The notes: generated by a model from the sequence alone, not told the origin. 62,357 nucleotides of DNA, filler included, from 3 parts of 3 records of this genome joined end to end with filler, not necessarily neighbours in it; one strand, 5' to 3'. Positions 31,004-40,709 are shown, counted from the whole stretch's first letter. Translations and numbers: made by a program.

Positions 31004-31096
31004 TTACGAAGGCCGGCTAATAATTCGAATAATCGGAATGAACTGCGCAGCACTTTTGGCGCTCGCAGGAGCGATAGATAATCGTTCAATTGCCAT
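31004..31096 (-). CDS. Putative ileS leader peptide MAIERLSIAPASAKSAAQFIPIIRIISRPS
   Basis: Translated by hand: 30 codons with 7 Ile, five of them ATT codons clustered near the stop; lies directly upstream of ileS. Confidence 0.7.
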   Translation of the reverse strand: MAIERLSIAPASAKSAAQFIPIIRIISRPS

Positions 31097-31203
31097 GTGA
31101 TCAAAGAAGGTCACGAGTTGGTCACCGATTTATTGCTAATCAGAACGCTTTAGGCCAGAACAGGGCGCAAAGTCAATCTTTTGCCCGAAAAACTTGGGGT
31201 TGA

Positions 31204-32181
31204 TTACTGATCGAAAAAGCCCAGTTTGACGTCAATTTCCGACATTGCTTTTTCATCAGCCAAGATTGCCTTGGCCTTTTCGCTGTCTTTGTCCATGGCG
31301 GCAATCAATTCATCAAGGGAATTGAAGTTCTCTTCGCCCCGCAAATATTCGCAAAGCGCCACTTCCATATATTCGCCATAGACTTCTTGGGCGAAGTCGA
31401 AAATGTGCGTTTCAAATAAGGTCATTCCATTGTCGAACATGGGCCGACGGCCAAAGTTCGCAACACCATGATAGGTTTTGCCTTTCACGCGTGCGCGCAC
31501 CACATAAACGCCATGCTTAAGCCCTTCATGGGGCGACAAATGCAAATTGGCTGTGGGATAACCCAGTTCACGCCCGCGCTTATCGCCATGGCTCACTTCG
31601 CCAGCAATGAAGGCATGATAGCCGAGCAACTGGTTGGCGAAACGCACCTCGCCCTCGCGCAAGGCTTCGCGCACACGGGTGGACGACACAGGCGCGTCGC
31701 CTTCGTCCAACATATGGTTGATCACCACGTCAAACCCATATTTCGGGCCCGCTTCGACCAGATATTGCGGGGTGCCCGCGCGGTTTTTGCCGAAATGGAA
31801 GTCTGCACCAACAGTCACGATGGACGCGCCGAGCTGATCAACAATGTAATTCTCGATAAATTCGGGTGCCGATTTTTGTGAGAAATCTTTGGTGAATGGC
31901 ATGATCACAATGCCATCGAAGCCCATCGCTTCCACCAAACGCGCTTTTTGGTTGCGCTCTGTTAAGCGAAACATAAAGGGTTCTGGCGCGAATACATCGC
32001 GGGGGTGCGGTTCGAATGTCAGCACCAAGGCGGGCACGTTATTGGCCGCGGCCATTTGCTTTGCGCGCTCAAAAATGGACTGGTGACCGCGATGGCAACC
32101 GTCAAAATTGCCAATGGCGACGACGCCCCCGCGCAAATGCTGCGGCAGCTGGCCCAAATTTTCGACAATGGTAAACGCCAT
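31204..32181 (-). CDS. ribF: Bifunctional riboflavin kinase/FAD synthetase
   Basis: GNFDGCHRGH, TFEPHP, VSSTRVR and GRELGYPTAN motifs. Confidence 0.96.
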   Translation of the reverse strand: MAFTIVENLGQLPQHLRGGVVAIGNFDGCHRGHQSIFERAKQMAAANNVPALVLTFEPHPRDVFAPEPFMFRLTERNQKARLVEAMGFDGIVIMPFTKDFSQKSAPEFIENYIVDQLGASIVTVGADFHFGKNRAGTPQYLVEAGPKYGFDVVINHMLDEGDAPVSSTRVREALREGEVRFANQLLGYHAFIAGEVSHGDKRGRELGYPTANLHLSPHEGLKHGVYVVRARVKGKTYHGVANFGRRPMFDNGMTLFETHIFDFAQEVYGEYMEVALCEYLRGEENFNSLDELIAAMDKDSEKAKAILADEKAMSEIDVKLGFFDQ

Positions 32182-32379
32182 AATGTGAAGCCCTATTTGC
32201 TGAATCGATGGCAAATTTGAATTGGCGCAAACTGCCCCTTTTGGCGGCAATTTGCAAGCAAACCCTTTTTATATTTCGTCGCATATGGATAAGGGGTTTC
32301 CCCAAGTTGAGGATTTACCGCACTTTCAAGGACGGGCCGTACCATAGCGAAATATTTTATGATTTCTAGGGGTAAGAGA

Positions 32380-32775
32380 ATGGCTTTGGATCGGTCCATG
32401 CGCATTCTGATTGTGGATGATTACACCACGATGCTGCGCATTTTGCGAAATCTATTAAAGCAATTGGGGTTTGAGAATGTTGATGAGGCCCGCGACGGGC
32501 ACGAAGCGGCACAACTCACCGCACGGGCTAAATATGATCTGATCATATCAGATTGGAACATGGAGCCGATGACTGGCTATGAATTGCTGCGCCATGTGCG
32601 GGCGGACGCAACAAATGCCCATGTGCCCTTCATCATGATTACGGCAGAATCTGCCACTGAAAATGTGATCGCCGCCAAACGCGCAGGCGTGAATAACTAC
32701 ATCATCAAACCGTTCACCACCGAGGTGCTTTTCGCCAAGATGCAAGCGGTTTTTGAAAAGCAGATGGCGGGATAG
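32380..32775 (+). CDS. cheY: Chemotaxis response regulator CheY
   Basis: ILIVDD, SDWNMEPM, ITAE and YIIKPF motifs. Confidence 0.9.
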   Translation: MALDRSMRILIVDDYTTMLRILRNLLKQLGFENVDEARDGHEAAQLTARAKYDLIISDWNMEPMTGYELLRHVRADATNAHVPFIMITAESATENVIAAKRAGVNNYIIKPFTTEVLFAKMQAVFEKQMAG

Positions 32776-32779
32776 GCCC

Positions 32780-33418
32780 ATGATACAGGCGGCAGAACAG
32801 CAAAAACCGGATTTGGATTTGACCGATCTAGCAGAGCGGAATGATGAACGCATTCCGTTGAAAGATGTGATTGCATTGGCGGAAAAAGTCACCGCGGCGC
32901 TTAAGCCCTTGGTGCGCAGTTTAGACCGTTCAATGCACCAAGAACTCAGGGAGATTTTGGGCGCGATTGAAGGTCTACGGAGCGAGCTTTCTCGCGTTGA
33001 TGCCAACGATATTTTCGCCAAACGCATCCCAGAGATGGGGCGCGAGCTTGGCGCGATTGTTAAAGCAACGGAAGTGGCGACCGATACGATTATGAATGTG
33101 GCTGAACAGGTGCTGGCGGCAGATAAATCCGATCCGGAGAAATATGCGGCGGAAGTTGAGCAGCATATGATGGCTATTTTTGAAGCCTGCAGCTTTCAAG
33201 ACCTTACCGGTCAGCGCGTGACCAAGATCATCCATACGATGGAAGTGATTGAGCAACGGATTGAAGTGCTGTGCCGCATGATTGAGAACAATAATATCGC
33301 GCCCGTCAGCACTGGCGAAATGAGTGAGCGGGAAAAACGCAATCGTGAAAAGCTGGTCAGTGGCCCGGCCCATGAAGGCGAAGGGGTTTCCCAATCAGAC
33401 ATTGACGCAATGTTTTAA
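32780..33418 (+). CDS. cheZ: CheZ-like phosphatase
   Basis: EL.AIV.ATE.AT..IM, EACSFQDLTGQR and C-terminal SQSDIDAMF. Confidence 0.85.
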   Translation: MIQAAEQQKPDLDLTDLAERNDERIPLKDVIALAEKVTAALKPLVRSLDRSMHQELREILGAIEGLRSELSRVDANDIFAKRIPEMGRELGAIVKATEVATDTIMNVAEQVLAADKSDPEKYAAEVEQHMMAIFEACSFQDLTGQRVTKIIHTMEVIEQRIEVLCRMIENNNIAPVSTGEMSEREKRNREKLVSGPAHEGEGVSQSDIDAMF

Positions 33419-33449
33419 GAATTCACACTTCCCCCTGCCCTGCGTCAAC

Positions 33450-34301
33450 TCACCAATAAAGACGCGGGGCAAACCCCACAGTGTGTGCTTTGCTTTGGCC
33501 AACCAGTTTGGTGATCATTTCAGGATCAGGGTTTTCAAAATCGCCCAGTTCATGGGCGTGAATGGAGCCAGAAATAAACAGCAAATCATAGCCCATTTGC
33601 GCTGCCCCTGTGGCATCGGTGCGCACGCTATCGCCAATTGCCAAGGTGCGGCAAGGTGCTGGTTCCGCACCAAGCTTTTCAGACGCTAGGCGCGCTGCCC
33701 GCTTATAAATTGGTGTAAATGGCTTGCCGGCCAAGCGCACTTCGCCGCCCGCCTGTTCATACACATCGGCCAAGGCACCGCCGCAATAAATGATCTCATC
33801 GCCCACTTCCACAACCTTGTCGGGGTTGGCGCAGATAAAGGGCAGCCCGCGTGCCTTCCAATCATGTACTTCATCGGCATAATCTTCAGGCGTACGGCCA
33901 TATTCCAAATCAGTGCACATGATTGCTTTGGCCTCTTCCAAGGGGCCAAAATGCACATCGATACCGTCGAACAGCGCGCCATCACTATCTGGTCCCAAAC
34001 GATAAAGCGTTTGCCCTTCATAGGGGCGGATTAGGTCGCGTGTGGCGTCGCCAGAAGTCACGATGGCATCATAAACATCAGTGGTTACGCCAAGATGGGC
34101 GATTTCACTGGCAATTTCACCGGAAGGGCGTGGCGCATTGGTGACCAGCACCACAGCTTTGCCCATATTTTTGGCTTCGCGCAGCGCTTTGATGGCCGTT
34201 TGGTGGCCAACACGGCCATTGTGGAGCACGCCCCACACATCACAAAACAAGGCATTATATTGGTCGATCAGGCCAGAAAGGCCCAGCTTTTCAAGAGACA
34301 T
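33450..34301 (-). CDS. HAD-IIA hydrolase (TIGR01459-like)
   Basis: CDVWGVLHNG, TNAPR, CANPD, GKP and IGDSVRTD motifs. Confidence 0.9.
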   Translation of the reverse strand: MSLEKLGLSGLIDQYNALFCDVWGVLHNGRVGHQTAIKALREAKNMGKAVVLVTNAPRPSGEIASEIAHLGVTTDVYDAIVTSGDATRDLIRPYEGQTLYRLGPDSDGALFDGIDVHFGPLEEAKAIMCTDLEYGRTPEDYADEVHDWKARGLPFICANPDKVVEVGDEIIYCGGALADVYEQAGGEVRLAGKPFTPIYKRAARLASEKLGAEPAPCRTLAIGDSVRTDATGAAQMGYDLLFISGSIHAHELGDFENPDPEMITKLVGQSKAHTVGFAPRLYW

Positions 34302-34343
34302 GGAACGTTGCTCTAAATTTGAAATCTGCCGAAAGCGAACCGC

Positions 34344-35600
34344 TTAATAGGCAGTTGATTGAACTTTTTGTTGTTCACCCAGCAAATCTGGACGAACAGG
34401 CGAAGGTGGCGCGATATGTTCGCCTTGCGCAAACGGGATTTTGTCATCCAGCAGCATCAAAATCTGCTCTTCTTGCACCACATTATCCATGATCAAGCCA
34501 ACATCATATCGCTTTACGAAATCGGCCACATCGGCATTGTGTAAATCAGAATAGGATTGCGGATCTTCGATAAAGCGCTGTGTATCCGCTTTCACATATT
34601 TTATGCCGCGGGCATAAAGATCCTGAAAATTCAGGCGCAGGCTGCGCACTTTATCCAAGCAGATGCCTACGCCGATCTTAACAAACATGGACAATGCGGC
34701 CCGCTGATTGTCGCTCAGCCGCGCATATTTCTCTTCTTCCATGGTGAGGAACAGGCTGGCGGTGACCGCGCGGTTAGACCGCACTAAATCCACCAAGCGT
34801 TCGCACGCATCTACATCATTTAGCAGGCTATATGAGATCGGCACGAACAAAGAGGTCGGCTCGCCCGCGATATTTGAGCGATGGATGATGTTCGCGGCTT
34901 GGCGCACCAGCATCTGCTCCAACTCGGAAATCGTGCCGGTACGATCTGAATTTGGCAAAAACTCGTGGGCGCTCAAAAGCTTACTGCCGGGCTGTGAAAC
35001 TTTTGGCACCAGATCATACCCCAATGTCCGGCGGTGCGGCAGCGTGACGATGGGTTGCAGATATTGGCGCACACGCCCTTCGGCCAAGGCATCCTGCAAA
35101 ATAGAAATCGGCACATCGGCCTCTTCTTCATCAACATTTTCTGCGTGCCGTTTCGGCGTATTGATAGAGGATACGTTTGGCGCACTTTGCGGTGCGGGCG
35201 CTGGTGGCGGTGGTGCCATGGCTTGTGTGGCTTGGGCTTCTTCCACCTCGGCAACCGCTTCAGCAAGTTCCCGGATCACGGTGCCCAAAACAGAAATATC
35301 TGCCTCTACATCTTCCAACCGATTGTTGACATTGATGTTGGACAGGTAATTGACCTGATCGGACATGATCTCATTGGTGCGGGCAACCACACCTAATTGC
35401 TGGGCGATTTCGGAAACACGTTGGGCCAGATATTTTTCTGTGCGGCGGCGAAACATCGCTTCGATGATCACAAAACAGGTCAAGGCAAATAGACCTGTGA
35501 CCAAAATAGCATCCATTAAGTTAACGCCCAGACCGAAATAGGCGGTAATGCCTACGCTCAAACACGCAACAAGGATGAAAAAAGAAATGAGTGCGCGCAC
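34344..35600 (-). CDS. Membrane-anchored degenerate EAL-domain protein (TipF-like)
   Basis: Two TM helices and a coiled coil, then YLQPIVTLP, YVKAD and AQG; the EAL and DDFGTG motifs are absent. Confidence 0.78.
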   Translation of the reverse strand: MRALISFFILVACLSVGITAYFGLGVNLMDAILVTGLFALTCFVIIEAMFRRRTEKYLAQRVSEIAQQLGVVARTNEIMSDQVNYLSNINVNNRLEDVEADISVLGTVIRELAEAVAEVEEAQATQAMAPPPPAPAPQSAPNVSSINTPKRHAENVDEEEADVPISILQDALAEGRVRQYLQPIVTLPHRRTLGYDLVPKVSQPGSKLLSAHEFLPNSDRTGTISELEQMLVRQAANIIHRSNIAGEPTSLFVPISYSLLNDVDACERLVDLVRSNRAVTASLFLTMEEEKYARLSDNQRAALSMFVKIGVGICLDKVRSLRLNFQDLYARGIKYVKADTQRFIEDPQSYSDLHNADVADFVKRYDVGLIMDNVVQEEQILMLLDDKIPFAQGEHIAPPSPVRPDLLGEQQKVQSTAY

Positions 35601-35707
35601 GTTACACTAAAGGCCCTTCAATCTAGATTCCCCTGCCATCAACATAGCATCGCTTTTTTGCCCGTCAAAGCAATCGCTAAGTTCATGTTTTTCGCTATTT
35701 TTACAAA

Positions 35708-35724
35708 TTTGCATCAAATGCAAA
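35708..35724. promoter_or_regulatory. Perfect inverted repeat, candidate operator
   Basis: TTTGCAT-caa-ATGCAAA between the divergent EAL gene and the sigma-54 activator gene. Confidence 0.5.
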
Positions 35725-35802
35725 CACTTTGTTTACCCTAATTATGAAAAATGGGGGGAGCAAGAATGCGACATAAGACCCAGAATCGGGAGTAACGGCA
35801 GA

Positions 35803-37257
35803 ATGCCAAGTTCATGCGGCTCGTCACGGCCACCGCGTCTATTGATTGTCGACCATGGCAATTCCATCCTGAATGATTGCCAAGAGTTTTTGGACAATAA
35901 AGGAAATGGGATGCAACTCACTTGCACCCATGTCACCGGCGGCAAACAGGGGTTGAGCGCACTCAAATCTCACGATTACGATATCATCTTCGCAGATCTC
36001 GGCAGTTTGGAAGATATTGAACCTGATGCCGAAATTGCCCTTTCCAAGATTGCACATTACTCCCAAGGTGCGTTGATTATCGCTCTTTCTGAAGGTGGTT
36101 CGGTGACCATGGCTGTGGCGGCAATGCGCGCTGGGGCACATGATTACTTCGCCAAACCGGTTACCGCCAAAATCCTGTTTGATCGGTTGGAAGAGCTTTC
36201 CGCACGGCATGGCAAGAAATATCAATTCTCGCCGCCGATTGAAGAAGGCGACCGTTTGGACTTTGAAGGATTTGTTGGTGCCTCACCGCAAATGCGGGTG
36301 ATTTACGAACAGATCGGCCGGATTGCGCCATCAAACGCGCCAGTGTTCATCACTGGTGAGAGCGGCACGGGCAAAGAGGTTTGCGCCGAAGCGCTTCATG
36401 CCCGCTCAAACCGGGCCGAAGGACGTTTTGTGGCCATTAATTGCGGGGCCATTCCGCGCGATTTGATGGAAACCGAATTGTTTGGTGTGGCCAAAGGGGC
36501 GTTCACTGGCGCGATGCAAGATCGCGACGGCGCTGTTGAATTGGCGCAGAACGGCACTTTGTTCTTGGATGAGATCGGCGAACTTGATCTAAGCCTTCAA
36601 GCCAAGTTGCTCCGCTTTTTGCAAACAGGCACCATCAACCGCGTAGGCGAAGCAATGCCCCGCAAGGTTGATGTGCGCATTATTTGCGCCACCAACCGCA
36701 ACCCCATGCAAATGATCACGGAAAAGCGTTTCCGGGAAGATTTGTTCTATCGGCTGCATGTGCTGCCCATTCATTTGCCGCCTTTGCGTCAGCGTCCAGC
36801 GGATATTATGCCGATTGCCGAAACATTCCTCGCCCGCTACTCAGAAGAAGAAGGCAAGGAATTTATCGGCTTTGATCGTGAAACCGCTGAGCAGTTTATG
36901 GCACGTGAGTGGCCGGGCAATGTGCGCCAGATCCAAAATCTCGTGCGCCGCATTGTCGTGATGCACGATGAGCAGTTGGTTACCGCCCGCATGGTGCGTC
37001 TTGCCGATGTGGAGAGCAATGCACAGCAAGCGCAAAGAGAAGCGCCGCGCGCTGCGCCGATTGCCAACCGTCATGCACGGGCACAATTGGCAGTGTTGGA
37101 ACCCCTTTGGAAGCAAGAGCAACGCATCATTGAAGAAGCGCTTGCCTTGTTTGATGGCAATATTTCCCAAGCTGCTGCTGCACTGGAAATCAGCCCTTCC
37201 ACCATCTATCGCAAGAAAATGTCTTGGGAGAAGATGGAGGCGGAAAGCGCCGCTTAA
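35803..37257 (+). CDS. Sigma-54-dependent activator (REC-AAA-Fis HTH; LuxO/NtrC-like)
   Basis: GESGTGKE, GAFTGA, FLDEIGE, FREDLFYRL, WPGNVRQ and C-terminal AAAALEISPSTIYRK. Confidence 0.93.
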   Translation: MPSSCGSSRPPRLLIVDHGNSILNDCQEFLDNKGNGMQLTCTHVTGGKQGLSALKSHDYDIIFADLGSLEDIEPDAEIALSKIAHYSQGALIIALSEGGSVTMAVAAMRAGAHDYFAKPVTAKILFDRLEELSARHGKKYQFSPPIEEGDRLDFEGFVGASPQMRVIYEQIGRIAPSNAPVFITGESGTGKEVCAEALHARSNRAEGRFVAINCGAIPRDLMETELFGVAKGAFTGAMQDRDGAVELAQNGTLFLDEIGELDLSLQAKLLRFLQTGTINRVGEAMPRKVDVRIICATNRNPMQMITEKRFREDLFYRLHVLPIHLPPLRQRPADIMPIAETFLARYSEEEGKEFIGFDRETAEQFMAREWPGNVRQIQNLVRRIVVMHDEQLVTARMVRLADVESNAQQAQREAPRAAPIANRHARAQLAVLEPLWKQEQRIIEEALALFDGNISQAAAALEISPSTIYRKKMSWEKMEAESAA

Positions 37258-37265
37258 GGTTTTCA

Positions 37266-37715
37266 ATGCCTATCCCCTTTGTTCGGCGGTCAGCAGAAAT
37301 TGCTGATCTCGAAGCGTTGATCGAATTGCGCTTGGTCGCAATGCGCCCCAGCTTGGAAAAAGCTGGACGTTTCAACCCCACCCGTGCTCGCCAGCGTTTT
37401 ATCGACGAATTCTCGCCCGAACATACAGTCTTGTTGTTCGATCAAGAGCTTTTGGTCGGGTGTTTTGCGCTGATCCCGCGTGAAGATGACCTTTATCTAG
37501 CGCATCTCTATCTGCGACCAGAATATCAAGGCCAAGGGATAGGTGGTGACATTCTCAATGAATTGAAGGCTCGCGCCGCGGACTTACAACAAGACATTGT
37601 CCTCACCGCACTGAGCAATAGCGATGCGGAGCGATTCTACGCCCGGAACGGCTTCACCGTTTATGAGCGCGGCGAGATTGATGTGGAAATGGTGTGGCGA
37701 CACCAAAGCACTTAA
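37266..37715 (+). CDS. GNAT family N-acetyltransferase
   Basis: LYLRPEYQGQGIG and FYARNGF motifs. Confidence 0.88.
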   Translation: MPIPFVRRSAEIADLEALIELRLVAMRPSLEKAGRFNPTRARQRFIDEFSPEHTVLLFDQELLVGCFALIPREDDLYLAHLYLRPEYQGQGIGGDILNELKARAADLQQDIVLTALSNSDAERFYARNGFTVYERGEIDVEMVWRHQST

Positions 37716-37721
37716 TTGGCT

Positions 37722-39575
37722 CTATTGATGGTAGCCGAGGTAAACCTTCACTGACTTCGCGAATAATGGCTTTCCATCTGGCGATTTCAGCTCAAGTGTA
37801 ACTGTGCGCAGCGGCAAAGTTGCCACCATGCCGGTGGTCATATCAAAGGCACCATCCACAATATTGGCTGCGCCAATGCGCTCACCATTTACATATGCAT
37901 CCACTTCCAGAGGCGCGGCAAGCTCGTCCACCTGCCCCATAATGCGCGAAATGCGGGTAAGCGGCAGCAACGGCACCTGAAACTTGCCTGTTGTGCTCGG
38001 CCCAAACTCGCGATCAATGATCAGCTTTTCCCCGCGATAGATCCGCACTGGTGCCAATTCAGTGCGGCCTGCCCGTTGAATTTCAACTTCGCCGACTTGT
38101 TCGAAATTTTCAAAGAACGGCGTAAACCGGCCCATGATCGCTTCATCAGGCCAGACAGAAGTTGCGATATAGCCCGTTTGGTGTTGCAGCGTGGCTGGAT
38201 CGACATTGAAGGCGATGTTGCGTGGGTCAGAAGAGATGCACAAAAATGGCACCTGCCCCGCCGCTGCGTTATCAACATGGCCACATTCGGTCCAATGCAC
38301 GCCCGCTACGAAATTGCCTTCTTTCAATGCATCTTCGTCGCGCAAAAATTCGCCCAACGCTGTCCATGGCAATGCATCGCGTGTGGGGTCTATGCCTTCT
38401 TCGAAGCCGGGAACAACTTGACGCAACCAACCATTGGCCGTGTGGGTGACCAAAATGGACATGGCGGCGAAGTTTACAATTGTTGCGGCCACCAAAAAGA
38501 CCGTCAGGGCCGTTTTAAACCGCGCCCACGCTGCATCCATCCACATGGCCAGCAACAGAAACAGCATCATATAGCCTGGCGCCTGCCAGTGGAAATGGAA
38601 CTGGGTTTCCGACCATGCCGCAACTGCGGTGAACAAGATGATAGGGCCGTGCGCAAGCATCACAAAGAAAAAGGCAATGCCGCGCCCCTTGGAGCTTGGC
38701 CAGAATGAACCGGGGCCCTTAATCACCGCGATGATGGCTGCCGTCAGCGCGGGAAGCGCGATCCAAGGCGTAATGTAAATCAGCTGCCCAACAATCATGC
38801 GCACCAAACGCACCAGCGAAATCTCATCGCCAAATGCACGGCCGCCTTGAAAATTGAAGGAGATGAAATCGTTCTGCCAATTCCAGATCAATACTGGCGA
38901 GGCAATAAGCGCGGCAATTGCGATGGCGATATATGGCCCGGGGTGCACAATCCATTTGCGGGCGCTCGGCACGATCAGAGCGTAAAACCCGGCCCCATAG
39001 AGCAGAAAAACTGCGTGGTATTTCGACAAAAAGGTCAGGCCCAACATGAGGCCGACCAATGCCCAACTGATCAAAGGCGCTTTTGGCTCTTCACCAAATA
39101 TGTCCAGCAAAAACCAAACAGTGAGCAACCAGAACAGCATCAGCGGCGCTTCGGGCTGTGCCCAGCCGCCGATCGACACTTGGAACAGCAATGAAATATT
39201 GAACAAAAGGGCAGCAAGCCATCCGGCACGCGCGCTTTGCACCCGTGCGCCGATTTGGAAAATCACCCATGTGCTTAAGCTGAACATGAGGATAAATGGC
39301 ACGCGCAGCAAAACAGGCGCTTCGCCGGGAGTGATGGCGTTTATGCCCCACAATATCCAAAGAAAAAGGGGCGGCTGGTCGAAATAAGATAAATGTAGGC
39401 TGCGGGCTGATGCCAAATAATAGGCTTCACCGATGCCAAACCCCACCATGGCCGCGGCCCAAATGCGCCAGATGGTGGTGAGCGCAATCAGCCAAAGCAC
39501 AAGCTTGGCGTATTTTGCGCCCTCTTGGCTAGGCCAAGCCATCAACTTAGCACTGCTGCGCTGCCCCAATTTCAT
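37722..39575 (-). CDS. GT-C (ArnT/PMT-type) membrane glycosyltransferase
   Basis: EAYY, SYFDQPPL, LSKY and PVLIWN motifs; many TM segments. Confidence 0.85.
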   Translation of the reverse strand: MKLGQRSSAKLMAWPSQEGAKYAKLVLWLIALTTIWRIWAAAMVGFGIGEAYYLASARSLHLSYFDQPPLFLWILWGINAITPGEAPVLLRVPFILMFSLSTWVIFQIGARVQSARAGWLAALLFNISLLFQVSIGGWAQPEAPLMLFWLLTVWFLLDIFGEEPKAPLISWALVGLMLGLTFLSKYHAVFLLYGAGFYALIVPSARKWIVHPGPYIAIAIAALIASPVLIWNWQNDFISFNFQGGRAFGDEISLVRLVRMIVGQLIYITPWIALPALTAAIIAVIKGPGSFWPSSKGRGIAFFFVMLAHGPIILFTAVAAWSETQFHFHWQAPGYMMLFLLLAMWMDAAWARFKTALTVFLVAATIVNFAAMSILVTHTANGWLRQVVPGFEEGIDPTRDALPWTALGEFLRDEDALKEGNFVAGVHWTECGHVDNAAAGQVPFLCISSDPRNIAFNVDPATLQHQTGYIATSVWPDEAIMGRFTPFFENFEQVGEVEIQRAGRTELAPVRIYRGEKLIIDREFGPSTTGKFQVPLLPLTRISRIMGQVDELAAPLEVDAYVNGERIGAANIVDGAFDMTTGMVATLPLRTVTLELKSPDGKPLFAKSVKVYLGYHQ

Positions 39576-40709
39576 TTATGCCCGCCATGTAAATATGCGC
39601 GTTGCTGCATAGTTAAATACGATGCTGATGATGATGCCCGCAATGGCTGCGAAATAGAAGAGCGAATTTTGTTCGAAGATAAAAGCCGCGACTGACACGT
39701 TAGCAATGGCTGGCACCGCACACACAGCGTAAAAGCTCAGTAGGCCCGTCCAATACTTCGTGCCACGCAATTGCCGATCTGCATAGGTGAACATATTGTT
39801 GAGGTGGAAGTTCGAAGTCATCGCCACAATGGTTGCGAACAATTGTGCGTTGGTAAAGTTAAAGCCAAACACACCGCTTGCCAGCGTGAGTGCAAGCAAA
39901 TGCACCACCACACCTGTCGCGCCGACTGCTGCGAACAGGAAGAAAGAGGATGGCAAAAATCCACCTGTCATTTTTGACAGGGCAAGGCCAAAAAACTGCA
40001 CGGCGATCAGCGGACTCATTTTGCTTTCACCATCGTGCCGGGCACGGAAAGTGAACCCAACTTCACCAATATTCAGTGGCGACCCCATATTGCGGGCGGT
40101 GGCGATAATATCGAGTAGAATTTTGAAGCCTTCGCTCGACAGATTTGGCGCGATCTTTTCGAACTTTTCTCGCTTGAGCATGAAAAATCCGGTCATGGGA
40201 TCGGTGATTTTCACGCCAGTCACCAAATTGGCAATGGCGTTGGCGACGTTGGAGCCAAACTCACGGAACTTCGACAAGCCCTCTTCTGCGGTGCGGCCAT
40301 CAAGAAAGCGCGAGGCAAGCACCAGGTCTTTTTCTTTTTCAACCATTTCCAGCATTTGCGGCAGCACCGTTTCATCATGCTGATGGTCTGCATCCATCAC
40401 CGCAACATAGGGCGCATTGCTGGAGGAGATACCCTCAACACAGGCAGATGATAAGCCACGACGGCCAATCCGCTTAATGCATTTGACCCAGGGCTTTGTT
40501 TGGCCAATTTCCTTGGCCAGCTCTGCCGTGCCGTCTGGGCTATTGTCATCCACAAAAATCACTTCGAAAGGCAATTGGGGGAAAACCGCTTCCAGCTTTT
40601 CCACCAACAGTTCAATATTGCCCCGTTCATTAAATGTCGGCACGACAATTGATAAGTGCGGCGCGCGCCAGCTTTCGCTTGCGGTCAAAGTTTGGCCTTG
40701 CTCTGACAT
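39576..40709 (-). CDS. GT2 polyprenol-phosphate glycosyltransferase fused to a GtrA-like domain
   Basis: VVPTFNE, VDDNSPDGT, MDADHQH, DPMTGFF and GFKILLD motifs; C-terminal four-TM domain. Confidence 0.9.
   Translation of the reverse strand: MSEQGQTLTASESWRAPHLSIVVPTFNERGNIELLVEKLEAVFPQLPFEVIFVDDNSPDGTAELAKEIGQTKPWVKCIKRIGRRGLSSACVEGISSSNAPYVAVMDADHQHDETVLPQMLEMVEKEKDLVLASRFLDGRTAEEGLSKFREFGSNVANAIANLVTGVKITDPMTGFFMLKREKFEKIAPNLSSEGFKILLDIIATARNMGSPLNIGEVGFTFRARHDGESKMSPLIAVQFFGLALSKMTGGFLPSSFFLFAAVGATGVVVHLLALTLASGVFGFNFTNAQLFATIVAMTSNFHLNNMFTYADRQLRGTKYWTGLLSFYAVCAVPAIANVSVAAFIFEQNSLFYFAAIAGIIISIVFNYAATRIFTWRA

Noticed and set aside
35601-35802. Sigma-54 promoter or qrr-like sRNA divergent from the LuxO-like gene
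   Set aside because: No TGGCA-type -24 element with a correctly spaced -12 GC was found by eye, and there is no terminator for an sRNA.
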